DNA of 62,367 nt from Gonapodya sp. JEL0774. Taxonomy: Eukaryota. Each line of letters starts with the position of its first letter. Position 1 is the first letter of the stretch. Made by a program: the position numbers and the translations under genes. Shown here piece by piece: positions 25,655-38,188 of the stretch. Under the pieces are notes generated by a model. That model made no database searches, was not told the DNA's origin, and worked only from the letters and a program-made list of their open reading frames with translations. The stretch is taken from contig JADIIX010000136.1 in NCBI GenBank assembly GCA_027604505.1, positions 1 through 62,367 on the forward strand. Direction: 5' to 3'.

Positions 25655-27356
25655 CTATCTCGATTTTTTGGCCTTCCACCGCGGCGTGATCTGTCGGTTG
25701 CATTAGGATAACAGTCCCTCATTTATCAAATGTGCATGGCAAAACTCGGCGTTCAACTCACCACCAGATTGTTCCTTCTCGCAGTCCTCCCACCCTTAGC
25801 CAGGACCCCCTTCTCGCTCACAGGTTGCCTGTTACCCTTTCTGTTTCTCGTACCACCGTGCGGGTGATCCGTCGGATTCATAGCCACACCCCTTACCATG
25901 GGTCTGTATCCTCTCCTCCTGTTGGCTCCCGCAGTCCCGATGATTGTCCTATGGTGATCCGCATTGGCAACTTTGCCGAGTACTGCGGAACACCTTTTTG
26001 GGACAAGACGGGTTTCTCCTGACGCTAGCCTAACCATGGCGTACAGACCGTCGGATTGAATCTGTAATAGCTGGGCCGAAGAGCCAGCAGAACGGCAAAG
26101 CTTGGCAGGCCCTCCGGGTTTTAGGGAAAGAGAGTGCACAACCGAGCCGACGGGGAGGTCAAGGAGAAGGAAGGCATTGCCGGGGCGGAGGAGGTGTGAT
26201 TTAGGAAGTGGAGGAGGTATAACAAGGGTGGGCTGAGGGGAAGGAGGAACCCTAAAATGTGGAGAAGTGATCAATAAGCATACCATAGAGTCTTCTAGAA
26301 ATACGCAAAAGCATTCGGCAAAGGCGTGACATACCCTTCAACAGAGGTGGTGGGGATATCAGTCGGCACGTCAACAGAGTCATTGGATTTGCTGGCTGTA
26401 GAAGCATCCGCATTCTCAGTCAAATTCAATGGTAGCATTCTTGTTTGAGGTGCGGCTACCATGCCAATGCCCGCCTTTACTCCCCAGCCGTGATTGTCCA
26501 ACCCATGGACAAACGACTGCAGCACGTCACCCCGCTTCACGCCATTCGTCGCCAGTACGTAGCTCAGCTCGTTCGTACTCTCGTTTCTGAGAAGTGCCAA
26601 CGTGGCCGACCGGTTCGGGTCCTTCTCGAGCCTTACAACTCGATGGGGTCCCGGAACGGAGCGCGTCCAGTCCACTACGCGAATTGTTTTGGTTCCACCT
26701 CCCCCAAGCCCACGAACAACCACACGGCCCGTTTTGTCGCGACCACCTGAGCGATGTTTGATGACCGTGAGGCGCCCGACAGGCTTACCATCCCAATGGT
26801 CGGTGAGGGCGGGCTCCTTCCGTCCTCGAAGACCAGGTGTAATAGGTTTGTAGACTTTGAGGCCATCGACAATCCGCCAAAAGCGGGTCTCGGCGGGGAT
26901 TTCACGACGAACTGGCAGGCGGGTGATGGGGTCGACAAGGAGAGCATAGTTGGATTTGGAACGGGCGAAGGGGATCGGCTCCGGAGCTGCACTGACAGAA
27001 GCGCCAGCAAATGAAAGAGACGAGTATTGAGTCGATACGGACGCGGGCAAGGGTGCCAACGGCCTTTTAAGTGGTTGTTTGTCACTCTTGGATCGCTGTC
27101 GGGGAGTAGGTTTGTGACTCCTAGTTTTCAGGGCCTCCAATTTCGAAGCTGCCAAAGAAAATTTCTGTGAGCGGCGCAATGCGTTTGATGTGGATGCCGT
27201 ACGGGTCTGGACTTGTGTCCCGAATGGAGGTGTTGCCGATAATGCGGAAACCGCGCAGACACCTGCATCGATGGGTGAGCAAGAGGTCGAAGAGGCGAGA
27301 GCTGAGACTTGAGCGGTCACCGCGCCTGAAAGCGCGATCCTCCGAAGAATTCTCAT
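25655..27356 (-). CDS. RML2: Mitochondrial ribosomal protein uL2m
   Basis: YKPITPGLR, SGGRDKTGRVVVR, EKDPNRSA, LCRSAG, AGANRRRGYRPMVRGVAMNPTDHPHGG. Arg/Ser/Ala-rich presequence MRILRRIALS. Short last exon ITPRWKAKKSR*. Confidence 0.95.
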
Positions 27357-27665
27357 GTGGAAATGAAATATGGATTGAGCACAAGGAGAACTGAGCCTTG
27401 CACCCTGACCTTGAAGGTCAGGTTTCCAAAAGCTAGCGTTTTTAGGAATGACAGCTTCAACAATCATGACCCGGCCACCAAATTATGTATGTAAACTTTC
27501 TGATGCCTCATAGTTCTCCCATGAAGTCCCCCCAGCTGGGCCGTCAATTTTCGCACAATTTTACTCACAGAACAAACATGAGCCCATTGTCACCGCCTTT
27601 GCCCTTTGCCTCAAATCAAACGCCCCAAACCCAGTCTCTTTCTTTGGAAATCGATATCCCCAGCA

Positions 27666-28439
27666 ATGACTATCACCGGTGCCAACGTCGCGCATCTTCA
27701 CCACGCTCTCAGCCGTCTTGCAGCGGCGCAAGCTTCAGAGAAAGTACAAAACCAACAATACAACACACTTATGAAAGCCATTGTTGAGGATCATCCACTC
27801 TCAGAGTCAGATCACATGTTGACAAAGAAAGATAACGTTGCAAACAAATCCCCAGTGGAATTCGCCCGCACTCGGCGTAGGCGAGCCGTATCTGAGCCAC
27901 TCCGTGCTGCAAAGAGCGTCCCGGATGCCGTTAACGTCGACCCCTCCAGCCTCGCCGCCGCAGTTTGGGATCGCTTTTGTGGGTCGGATGCAGATCTCAG
28001 TCTCGTGATTGTGCCCGATCGGATTCCGTTCGAAAGAAGAATGCGACGAACCCACACCACGGAGCAACGGTCATCTGCAATTCTTATTTCAAGCAGTTTT
28101 AGTGGAAAATCTTCTCTCACACCACACTCTGACCATAGTGTCAGTCCTCCTCCTCCTAGTCCTCTCTCGCGAAGTCGGAGTTCGCCCAACTTCCCCCATT
28201 CCCCACCAGATCCTTCCAAGCTCCTCCGCCTTGCCAAGCTCCGCCGGCATTTCAAACCAGAAGAGCCCACCGGTGTTTCTTTTCGGCGCAGAATATTTTG
28301 GCGCGGTGTGAAGTCCAGAAGTGTTGATTGTGAGAAGATGGGTCCGGCTGCTGCAGGGGGGATTAGCGGGAAACAAAGGGGCAATAATGAGGCTGTGGAG
28401 CAGAAGGCAGGCGGAAGGATGCGGCTCGAAGGGAGATAG
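27666..28439 (+). CDS. Hypothetical Ser/Pro/Arg-rich protein
   Basis: Long uninterrupted ORF divergent from uL2m, with no recognisable domain. Confidence 0.45.
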   Translation: MTITGANVAHLHHALSRLAAAQASEKVQNQQYNTLMKAIVEDHPLSESDHMLTKKDNVANKSPVEFARTRRRRAVSEPLRAAKSVPDAVNVDPSSLAAAVWDRFCGSDADLSLVIVPDRIPFERRMRRTHTTEQRSSAILISSSFSGKSSLTPHSDHSVSPPPPSPLSRSRSSPNFPHSPPDPSKLLRLAKLRRHFKPEEPTGVSFRRRIFWRGVKSRSVDCEKMGPAAAGGISGKQRGNNEAVEQKAGGRMRLEGR

Positions 28440-29536
28440 TTGGCCGTGCACGGGACCCCATATATCGATACCGGAGATCACTCTGGATGAGTAAAGCTAT
28501 GAACAGATATCTTAATCTTTCATTATGGTCTTGCAATTATTTTTCGCGGGCAAGACGATTACATACATGGACAGCTGTGAGGAGGAAGGAATAATTCAAC
28601 GCAACGATATTCTAAATTTTCCCCTTCAACTGTGCTTCTCTTGTGGTTGTGCACCTGCTGATGAGCATCGTGTTTGTGGAGAGGTGTGGCTTATCGTCGT
28701 TCGCAGAAACGTTTAGGTCGGTATTCCCACTTTCCGAGAACAGCTGGGGACATTGAGATTTGAACTAAACGGCTCAAGTGAAGGAATCGAGCGCTCCATT
28801 TTCCGGAAACCATTTGCGGATTGCCTCGGTATGTAGTTATGGACACACGTGGTGGTCACGAGACACTGACATCTCAAACGCTTTGCGACCAGAGAGCGCG
28901 ATAGCTTGCTGCCGTCGCAGGTGCGTCAAAGCTGTGTCACCCGTTTCAACCTTAAGTTGCAACAAATGGTGGCTGTCCCTCTCGTGCATTGCCCCTTTCA
29001 GCATACCCGACACCTGTTCAACTGCAAAAGTATACGCGACTGCGAATCGCGTACACTTCTTGCTGCCAATTGCTTGACTCCTCGCTGCTCGCTCGAGTCG
29101 CATCCGTTTCCTCTCCGTGCTGGTGGAGATTCGGAGACAGCTGCAACCAAACTACAAGTCAAGCCAACCTCATCCCCACATCGATTCAACTCATCTAAAC
29201 TTCAGCAATCATGGCGATCACTTTCTAAATCTTTGTTTCAACTCTCCTTCAACACGCAATGCGCATTCTCGGAACATCTCTACATAACCTGCACGGCTCA
29301 CCACTCGCCCAAGTTTCTACTGGCGCCTCCCCCACTTCCACCTTCTCTCCCCCTTCAACTCTCTGCGCCTCCTCCGCCTCAGCCGCTGGGGACCTCTCCT
29401 ACTTCTCAGTCACGATTTGCTCCCGAACAGATCGACACCCCCAACCACTTGACACTTCGTAGTCCCAGGGCTACCGACGAACACTCAGACAGCTTCCATC
29501 CCAAAACTTTTACCCAACGTCATTACTCAACAGAGC

Positions 29537-32531
29537 ATGACTCACTTCCATCCCGCCGCCCGCTCCCACGCGCCACGCAGCCAGACGCGTCCGCAACCGC
29601 CTTCTGGCCCTCCCGCCGCTTCCCAACTCTCCTCCACCGGCAGCGGATTATCGGGATCCTCCACATCATCACCATCGTCTTCTTCTACTCCCGCCTCCTC
29701 CTCCATCCTCACTTCAGCTTTTCCGGCGCAGCAGCCTACTTTTCTGTCTTCCCCCGTATCCTCGTCTGCTCCACCTCCCGCTGTCTTGGCCCCAATCGTA
29801 CCACCACAGTCGACGAGGGCCAGAGGGAAAAAGGGCCCACGAAATAGCGGAGGGAACATCACTTCTTCACAAGGTCCAGCGCTACCGTCGGACGCTCGCG
29901 CAGATAAGAACGGTGGCACAGATGAGCAGGTATGTTGCTTAAGTTCACAGGAGCTATCGACTGCTCTGAGTATATTGTGCAAGAAATAGCGGGTTAAATG
30001 AGAGGACCGGTTCCCTTGGGAAACGAGGGGCGATTGTTTCATTTCAAGGATGGAGGGATCAAGACAATCTTTTCCTTGAATAGTTCTGAACTCTTCGAAG
30101 TTAACCCCTGATTACTCCACCTTACCTTTCCCTGAATTATCAGTCCTCCTCTGCTCTTCTCTCTGAGTCTCTTCGAAGCTCTTATGCTCCCTCGCCCCAC
30201 TCGCCAAGTCCGTCCCCACCATCCCGGATTAATATTACTCATCTCACCTCTTTTCGCCCTCCACCTCTCCGCTCAGGTGTTGTCGGTGCGCCGGGATGGC
30301 GCAGCGGGCAGCCGAGGCCAGTGAACGCAGGTGGGCGAAGGGCCCAAGGGGGTGGCGGTTACGTCCGCGGGAAGTGAGTTTGATGAAGGCGATACATTCT
30401 CATGGAGCACTGCTTGATCGTATGTGGCTGGTCGGAAACGACCAACCAGCTTCAGATTTATCGTTAAATCTGGCACTGGGCAGGACTGGACAAGGTGTGA
30501 GCACGATCCAGATGCACCCATACCATGGTCCGAGGTGGTGGAGGTGGTGAGTGCTCAGGTGTGGAATTGTGAGAGACGTGGTTCCCCTCTTACACTTTTG
30601 TGTGCACTGCGTTATCTCTGCATTGCTTTACTGTACTCCTCCCGCGGTTGGACGTGCACTGTTTCGTTGACAGCTTGTTCCCACACAATTTGCACATCCC
30701 CTCCGATGCCCGGTATGCCTTGATGGCCCGAGAGCGGCCCACGTCGGACCGTGTGGACACACATACTGTCTGGGTTGTGTGCTTCGGTGGGAGGCAGTTA
30801 ACTTGTCCCGATCGATCTACTGAATCTCAGTTCATAATCCACACTTTCACTCCCTTGGGTAGCTACCTACGTTCCACACCGTCCTCTCTCCGCCGTTGTG
30901 CTGTCTGCTTTGAACCCCTGTCACGAGCGGATCTTCGCCCAGCTCGGCCTGTCCTTCAAGGTAGTCTCACAATCCCGTCCACCTCCCCCACGTCGACTGG
31001 GTCATCCGAATTAGGCTCAGTGGAGCTCACTCTCGTTCGCCGCCCAGCATCGTCCACTGTCGCTTATCCGGCATCGCATGCGGCACCGACGTTGTTCCCC
31101 CCTCCTGTTGCTGAGGACAACCCATATGCACGTATCGCGAGTGCAACTAGCGGTTACGAGGGTCTTATGTGGGGTAGGCATATTGAGGAATGCGAGAGAG
31201 CCAAGGAGGAGAGTATTGAGGAAGCAGAGAGTAAAACTTGGGAGGAAGCTGGAGCGTGGTGTAGGGCACGAGTCGAAGAAGTGGAGGACATTCTTGCAAC
31301 AACAGATGATATAGGGAGCCATGAAGGTACTTCTGCCCGCACGGGCTCCAGCCTCGCCGACGGTCCGGCCTTCTACTTTTATCAGCATCCTACCGGCGCT
31401 CATCTCTACCTTCACACCTTGACCGTCAAGCAACTTCGTGCACACTTTGGAGATTATCACGTTTTCCCTCACCATCTGACAGCACCCGTACTTGCAGTCG
31501 AAGAGGCTACCTTGACGAAAGACATGCGACGTAGAAACCCGTACCTCGCCCACCTACCCTCCGGCTGTGACGTAGTATTTGTGGAGCTTGATGTGACAGC
31601 CGTGGTTTCCGAAGATGTGTTGAGACAGTTCTCTGGCGAGTCAGCGGTACGTGCTGCAAAAAGAGAGGAAAGGAGGGAAAGGGAGGCGAAGGAGGATGCG
31701 TGGAGAGACAAAGAGGAAAGAAGAAAGAGGGCAAGAGAGCGGAGGGAATGGGAGGTGGCGACGGGCAGAGTAGGTGAGAGGAGGGAGGCTGAGGCGTTAG
31801 CCTCTACTGGCAAGGCCGGAATGGCTCTCGGGAACAGCAGTAGTGGTGATGACGGGCACGAATTCAGTGACTTTGGCGATGATGATGATAGCCCGGCTTG
31901 GAGGGATGAAGATTTCGCTGAGCTGGCCAGCTCATCTCCAACGGGACGCATTGCGACTTACGCGCCACCGAGACCGGACGCGAGTTTTGCGACCGCCGCC
32001 AAAGGCCCTGCACTGAAACCCAGCTCTGCTGGAAGTTGGGCGGGTAAGGCAAGCGTTTCGACTTCCAATAGGGCCGACTCCACACCTGGAATGGCAACAA
32101 TGGGACCTCAGAAGGTTGCAACTTGGAGTCGTGGGGTGCCAACGGGGCGTGTTGGGGGCGGGTCACTAGCAACAGGCAAACCACGGAATCCGACATCGGG
32201 TTGGGCGTCGGACGATTCCGACGATCCGTTCGCCGAACAAAGGTATCTGTATCGGCGAGAAGAAGGCTCCATGTTTTCTTTGACGGCGAGTCTTTCGACT
32301 TCGAGTGCGATGAGAGGCATTAGTGCTGCGGAACCTTATGATGACGGCGAAGTGGACGATTTGACGGCTCTCCAAATGGAATTCGAAGATGCTGCTGATG
32401 ATCTCGGGGACGGTGCCGGAGGTAAGCTTGGATGGAAAGGTGGTAACGGTGGTGCCAAGGGTACAGGGTTAATGAAGAAGAAAGGGAAAAAGGTGCTTCT
32501 GGTTTCCAATGGGGGAAGGAGGGCGAGATAG
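29537..32531 (+). CDS. MAG2: RING E3 ubiquitin ligase RNF10/Mag2 homolog
   Basis: FRFIV...DPDAPIPW, RING (ICTSPP...PCGHTYCLGCV...CAVC), FYFYQHPTGAHLYLH...RRRNPYLAHLPSGCDVVFVELD, coiled coil and terminal KKKGKKVLLVSNGGRR. Confidence 0.88.
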
Positions 32532-32678
32532 TACACACGGGGCTCTCCATGTCTGCGCACTATTGCAACTGTGCGTTGTAGAGAGGATAAGTTAGAGCGT
32601 AGTTTTGAGCAAACTTGTATGTATTTGAATTACAACCCGCAACACGCAGACAGATGAGAGATATTATTAATAATGTTC

Positions 32679-34175
32679 CTAATCATTGTCATTCGAATTA
32701 TTGACCGTCAACGCCATTTTCTGATCAACACCTATGACCTCCGACTTCTTTCGTTCGTCCTCATATTGCCGGATTTCCTCTGGTACCTCGGATATCATTT
32801 CTTGCGGAGGTTCGACGTTCAGCGGCAGGGTGGGTTGCCCTATGTTATGGTGCTGATACTGATGTGCGTGATAACCTGCATTCTGGAATGCTGCACCATA
32901 CATTGCCGCATAAGACGCTTGTCCGTTGTACCATTGATTCGCATGGGGCTGTCCCGGAGTGAAATAATGGGGTTCGTGTATCGAAGAAGACTGCCCAGCT
33001 GCCAGCGAGGCTTCACGTGGTTGGTAGTCGCTGCCTTGCACAAGATATCCACCAGGTGGATAGCTATTTCCCCAAGTATAGACGGTGTTGCTCATAGCGG
33101 GGTGGGGTCCAGGCTGGTAGTGTGGATAATAAGGTTCTGGATTTCCCGTGACATTGATGGAGGGGTCCTTCTCAATTTAAGGAGATCCGACGCGAAAAAA
33201 CGCACCTCTGCTCTCGTAGGCAGGGGCTCCGTGGTGCATTGTGGTGATCCGCGGGTTTTCTGACCCGGTTCCAATCTCGTACGAGCCACCGAAGACTGGT
33301 ATCGTTGGAGTGGAGGCTGGATTGCTGTGGAGGTCTGGGGACATATGAGGCGACCCGGAAGAGTACAGGTGTAACGTTGCTGCGCCAGGGGATGAAATGA
33401 CCGAAGAAGCGGTTTCGTTGTCGGGAACACTCTGGCCAGAATTGGAAGGCTTCTCCTGGCCCGGCCCTTTACGAATGACGCGAACTGGCGACTCCGAAAC
33501 AATAGTGGAGGTCGAGTAAGGCTGCCCCGCTTCGCTTGCTCTTCCTCGAGTGGATTCAATGTGGACAGAATGAGTGCCTATAAAATTATAAAATGTGGCA
33601 TGAACAATTGCGAGAGCTAAAGATGGAAACCACGCCTCACATCTTAGGTGTCGCAGTAGATTGTCTTCAGGGATTAGAAGGGAAAACCAAGAAAACATGA
33701 GTTCCACGGAAGCGCAGTTTTGGTTGAAAATAGGGGAAAGAGCGACAGGGGTGAAGCAAACCAATACCAGAAGCTCCATTCCAAACTGGACATGCTGCTT
33801 TCTTTCAACCTCACAAGAAGTTTGAGACTATGTCTTTCGGCGACAGATTCGGTGATTCCGCCCACCAGTTGGAGGAGGTCCGATCAAAGGTCTGTGGAGG
33901 TCTGACCCCTCACTCACCTCGTCGCCCAAAGCCCTTCTGGCAGAAGTTGCACATGTGACCTTTGATTCCCGTGTGTGTCTTGGCGTGTCTGGAAAACAAA
34001 TGTTGGGAAGTCTATCCAGGCGGAATCAAAGGAAAAGGTATAAATATGTTGCAACACACCTCAAAAGTTGTGCGAAACGAGTAGCTGTCCTTCCACAGCT
34101 GGAGCATTTGAATGAGCGAGTACCGCTGTCCCATATTTCCTCTATAGATGGGGGATCCACTGAATAATCAGCCAT
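32679..34175 (-). CDS. C2H2 zinc-finger transcription factor (two fingers split by introns)
   Basis: Manual splice gives MADYSVDPP...FKCSSCGRTATRFAQLLRHAKTH-TGIKGH-MCNFCQKGFGRRDNLLRHLR|THSVH, followed by a Ser/Pro/Gln/Tyr-rich region. The 3' end is inferred. Confidence 0.8.
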
Positions 34176-34601
34176 GCTTCCCTCTGTATGTATCAATTTC
34201 TGGTGTGCTTGGTCGTTTGGGGCACAGCCGCCAACTGCCAGAAGCGAAGAAGGTCTAGAAACATCTCAAAGAATCAACAGATACTATCTGCATATTTCTG
34301 TTAATAATCAATGAAAATGAAACGTTTTGTGTTGTGTTTCTGTACTATATTCTGCAGAACCATCAGCTTCGCTCGCGTGGACTGCGATACTGGGAGGCAC
34401 ACTCGGTTGGGTCGCGGTCTGGTTTGGCAGAGGTTTTTGGTTCACAGCGATTGTGGGCATCGTGATTTCCAGCTGCTTCACCCCGCCAAAGCCCAGACGA
34501 AATTGGGGTGGCAGCCAAAGCCTGTGGACACCGCTACGGTGCTTATGTAAAGTTCGGTCGCACTGTTCCCGCTCCCACATCTTCCGAACACGAACCTGAT
34601 C

Positions 34602-35716
34602 ATGCAACCCACTATCACGGTTTAGTTCGTACCGATTCGAGTCCCGGTTCTCGAATCCATCCAACCGTTGGACCCATTTTCTTGCTACCGAACAGCGAGC
34701 TCTGCACAACCCTTGAACGTGAAAGAGTTTTCAGTCCCTTCGCCTGGCGCGGAGTGCTGGCTGTCGCTCACAAAGGGTTCAATATCAACAGAGTGCCAAT
34801 TAAGTGCGTGTGACTCTTGACTCTTCGTTGCTGTCCAAACTATGATTCACGTTTTGCCTTCTACTCACGGAAATGAAATGATCATGATACAAAACCTAGC
34901 TTCTTTGAGAAGGAGAAAATAGCATTTTCTGGACAAGGTCTTGTGCCTGTCATTGTGGACATATCCAACAATGGAAAAGTTGTTTTCGACAGTTGGGATA
35001 TCGCGCGGTACCTTGAGTCAACGTATCCAGAGCGCAAAACATTGTTCGGAGGTAGCGTTGAACTGTCTAAGTTCGCAATGCAATGGGTGAACACCATTAT
35101 CCACCCGTATATCTCGAAGGTGTGTTTCCGGGGAATGCGATGTGTCGGGGACACTGCTGACAGAACCTGACCTCTATTTTGAAGTTCTGCTTTGATGACG
35201 CACGACTTCTTCAGACTTCTGAAGGACAAAAGTACTACTATTCCGACGAGAGGTCCAAGCTGTTTGGCCTCAAGACGAGGATGCAAAATTCACAAGTGGC
35301 GGATAGGGATGGTCTCCTGCCTGAATTCCGATCAGCCTTACTTCCGTGAGTCCATGGACTGGCGGAATCAACTTATTGAAGGGTTTGATAATTCTATTGA
35401 CCTCCCAATCCGCAAAATCTTGAAAGAGTTCGAACTGTCGTCCGCACACAGAAGTTCATTGGTGGGGAGGAACCGAACTACGCCGATATTTGTCTCTTCT
35501 CAGCGTTTTTATGGATGAGGGCAAGCTGTGAGTTGTATTTGAGCGAGTGGGGAACATGCATCTCACAGGAGTACTTTCTCTACCTCAGCGCCGTTTTATC
35601 CTAAACTTCTTCTAAAGGGAGATCCCGTCTACCAGTGGAGAGAACGGATGAAATCTTACTTTGCGGATGCTTTGAAAAACGCTGTGGGATTCGATGATGA
35701 AAATGCGAAACTCTAG
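34602..35716 (+). CDS. Glutathione S-transferase, beta-etherase (LigE)-like/GSTFuA class, C-terminal PTS1 (AKL)
   Basis: Spliced MQPTITVY|ELC...FSPFAWRGVLAVAHKG...|FFEKEKIAFSGQGLVPVIVD...VFDSWDIARYLESTYPE..LFGG and final ...GFDDENAKL*. Confidence 0.85.
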
Positions 35717-35842
35717 TGCAATTGAAACAATGTGGATCATTAGATAATTGTACTGTGAAAAATTCTTATGACGCCAACCCCATAATATCTGTTACCGCCA
35801 GATTGCGTAGCTTTATCGGGCTCAGTTTCTGAGCGGACATGC

Positions 35843-37408
35843 TCACACTGCACCTTCCGCTGCTTCCCACAGTTCTACGGTGCCTTTTGGTATCGAGACT
35901 ACGGTTCCTTCTTCACGATTTACGACTCCAAGGTCGGTCACCATAGCTTTGCCGTCCACTGTCTGCAATCTCCGGACGGTGTATGAACCCGTGACCGGGG
36001 ATGCTAATTTCCACGTAGCGGTGGTCGGACTCATCTTTTTTGACCCACGAACTGCGACAAGAACGATCCTTGCCGCACGGTTGACCAAGACCACTCGTTT
36101 TGAATCATACCAACATTGGAATTGGTGCGTTGTCACGGGAATTGCTTTAACAAGCATGCCTAGCGCGTAATATTGTGCGCCAATCAACAATTCTTGCATT
36201 TGAGGGCTGTTTGAGAAAGGGATTTGAATGCAACCCCAGTTGGAGCCTCTTGCTTCCACTGCCTGCCAGTACACCCAGCGAATAGCTCCCATACTCGCAA
36301 TGTCGTGGACAGCGTGGTGAACCAGAGTGAATCCATGAGTGCCAACGTCGCAAAAATTGTCGCTTACAGTGGGGCCACCCAGTCCCCATTCAGACACTAC
36401 AACTGGTTGGCGCCGTTGCAGGGCCGTCTGCCGGACATATCGACGGAGCAACCATGTATCTTGCAATGCCCAAGCGAAAAATTGAACGACCTTGATGTCA
36501 GTGAATTGATCGGTTGTATAGGTGTGAATGTTCAGGACATCACCAAGAGCGGCGAATCTCAAATGATTGGAGACGGCAATCATATTGTTCTCCTCAGCCA
36601 GAGCCAGTTTCACTCCTCGCGCAGCAAGACCTGTTGAATCTAAAAGAGCTCTCAAACTGCGGGCAAGTTTTGTCCGGGTCTTCGTAGAATAGTAACATCC
36701 CTCCTATAATTCATTTTATTTTGCGTTATATCCTAGAATTCGCGAAGTCCGCCAATGCTTTGAAATCCGTACCTGATTGTTTCCCGCGATCCACACTGGC
36801 TCTGACGGCTCATTGATCGGACTCAATGACGAGACAGGAATGCCTATGTCGAGAAGCGTTCTCGTATTATCAACTAAGAATTGCGCGAATCGCTCCACAT
36901 CATTAGATCTCAAATTATCTTGAAACCGTGAGGAATGTCCTGCCGAAGATCCGGAAATTGTCATTTCTTGTGGTGGCGAGTTGCTGAATGCCTCGACATG
37001 GATGGGAAGGTCTGCCTCTTGTCTCAAACGGACGATGTGTTGTAGAATTCTCAGCTTCAAAAATTGGTTTGTTATGCCGCCGGTGAGATTGTTGTCCAGA
37101 ACAAAAAGGTGTTTGGTGGCTTCAGAGTTTGTACTCACCTGCGGTTGATCCTGCGGGGCAATATTACCACCTGCCCGAAAGCCAGGGTTGGCAGAAGGAT
37201 TTGTAGTACCCCCGATATTGTGGCGCACACAGGAGAGGCCGATTCCTCCTGCGGCAGAGTCGGAGAACAGCAATCTGAGAATATGCTGAACGATCTCTGA
37301 ATCAGCACCCGGTTGGGCCCCAAGATGGCTCGCCCACCACGCAAGACTTGTTCCGAATCCTTCAAATAGTGATGGCAAGTTGATTGTTTGGAGTTTGGGG
37401 CGCGCCAT
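35843..37408 (-). CDS. Glycoside hydrolase family 30 (GH30_5 endo-beta-1,6-galactanase-like)
   Basis: FEGFGTSLAWWA, VRHNIGG, EAFSNSPP..MTISG, acid/base PINEP, NIHTY, nucleophile VSEWG, WVYWQAVE and QYYA. Two short introns. Confidence 0.88.
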
Positions 37409-37498
37409 TTTAGTGTTTCTCGAGGTTGGCTATATTGTATATGAGGTTCGGCCAATCGGCATATCATGGACTATGGAGGGTGGAGCCTAAAACCTCTT

Positions 37499-37543
37499 CC
37501 AACTGCACTCTTCCAATTGCACTCTTGCCAATTGCACTCTTCC
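37499..37543. repeat. Three tandem ~15-bp copies of CCAA(C/T)TGCACTCTT
   Basis: Directly visible, about 90 bp upstream of the GH30 start. Confidence 0.85.
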
Positions 37544-38188
37544 TCGATTTTATCTGTCATCCTCCATATGCCACATCGGCTCCCGAAACGTTCATTCTGT
37601 CCTCTGCGCTGAAATCGCCAACCGGAGTCAGTTCTTGGCTCACCAGAAACAAATCAGCTTTATTGGGTATCCACAACCCATTATCGTTAAATCATTGGCC
37701 TTGCTAAGTAACCCTCCTCCACTCAGCAGTCACGACATCTTAGTTAGAGTGGGTGCATAAGTTCTCGACACAGGCTCCCCGCACGACTCGCACTCTTCCC
37801 CGTCCGCAAGTTTCCTTCGTAGCCAGTTATCAACTTCATCTACCACACCCCGTGTGACACCAAAGTGAAATATGTAAGTTCTTCTAGTCAACCGTGTCAC
37901 TTTCGTCAAATATGTTTCCTTTCCCACCTGCCGTGGCTCCCGGCGGCCTCCGGCACTCGGCATACATCGCAAATGATTCCAATAACCTGATTCTGCTTAA
38001 CGGATCTGCTGCTTATACCTTTTTTGATATTGGAGTGCCAATAAAGAGGAGAGATTGTACTATGATACACTCAAATCAATCTGTTGATCAATTACACCGC
38101 TGAAGAAACACCCGGCAAATGAATATGGTACATCCCTGCTTTGCCAATCTGAGTTCGTGTGTACGATTCCGGGTGAGTGATCGACATC

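Noticed and set aside
28906..29847. 313-aa plus-strand ORF upstream of MAG2
   Set aside because: It starts at a non-ATG codon, is pyrimidine-rich, overlaps the MAG2 first exon in another frame and has no domain signal.
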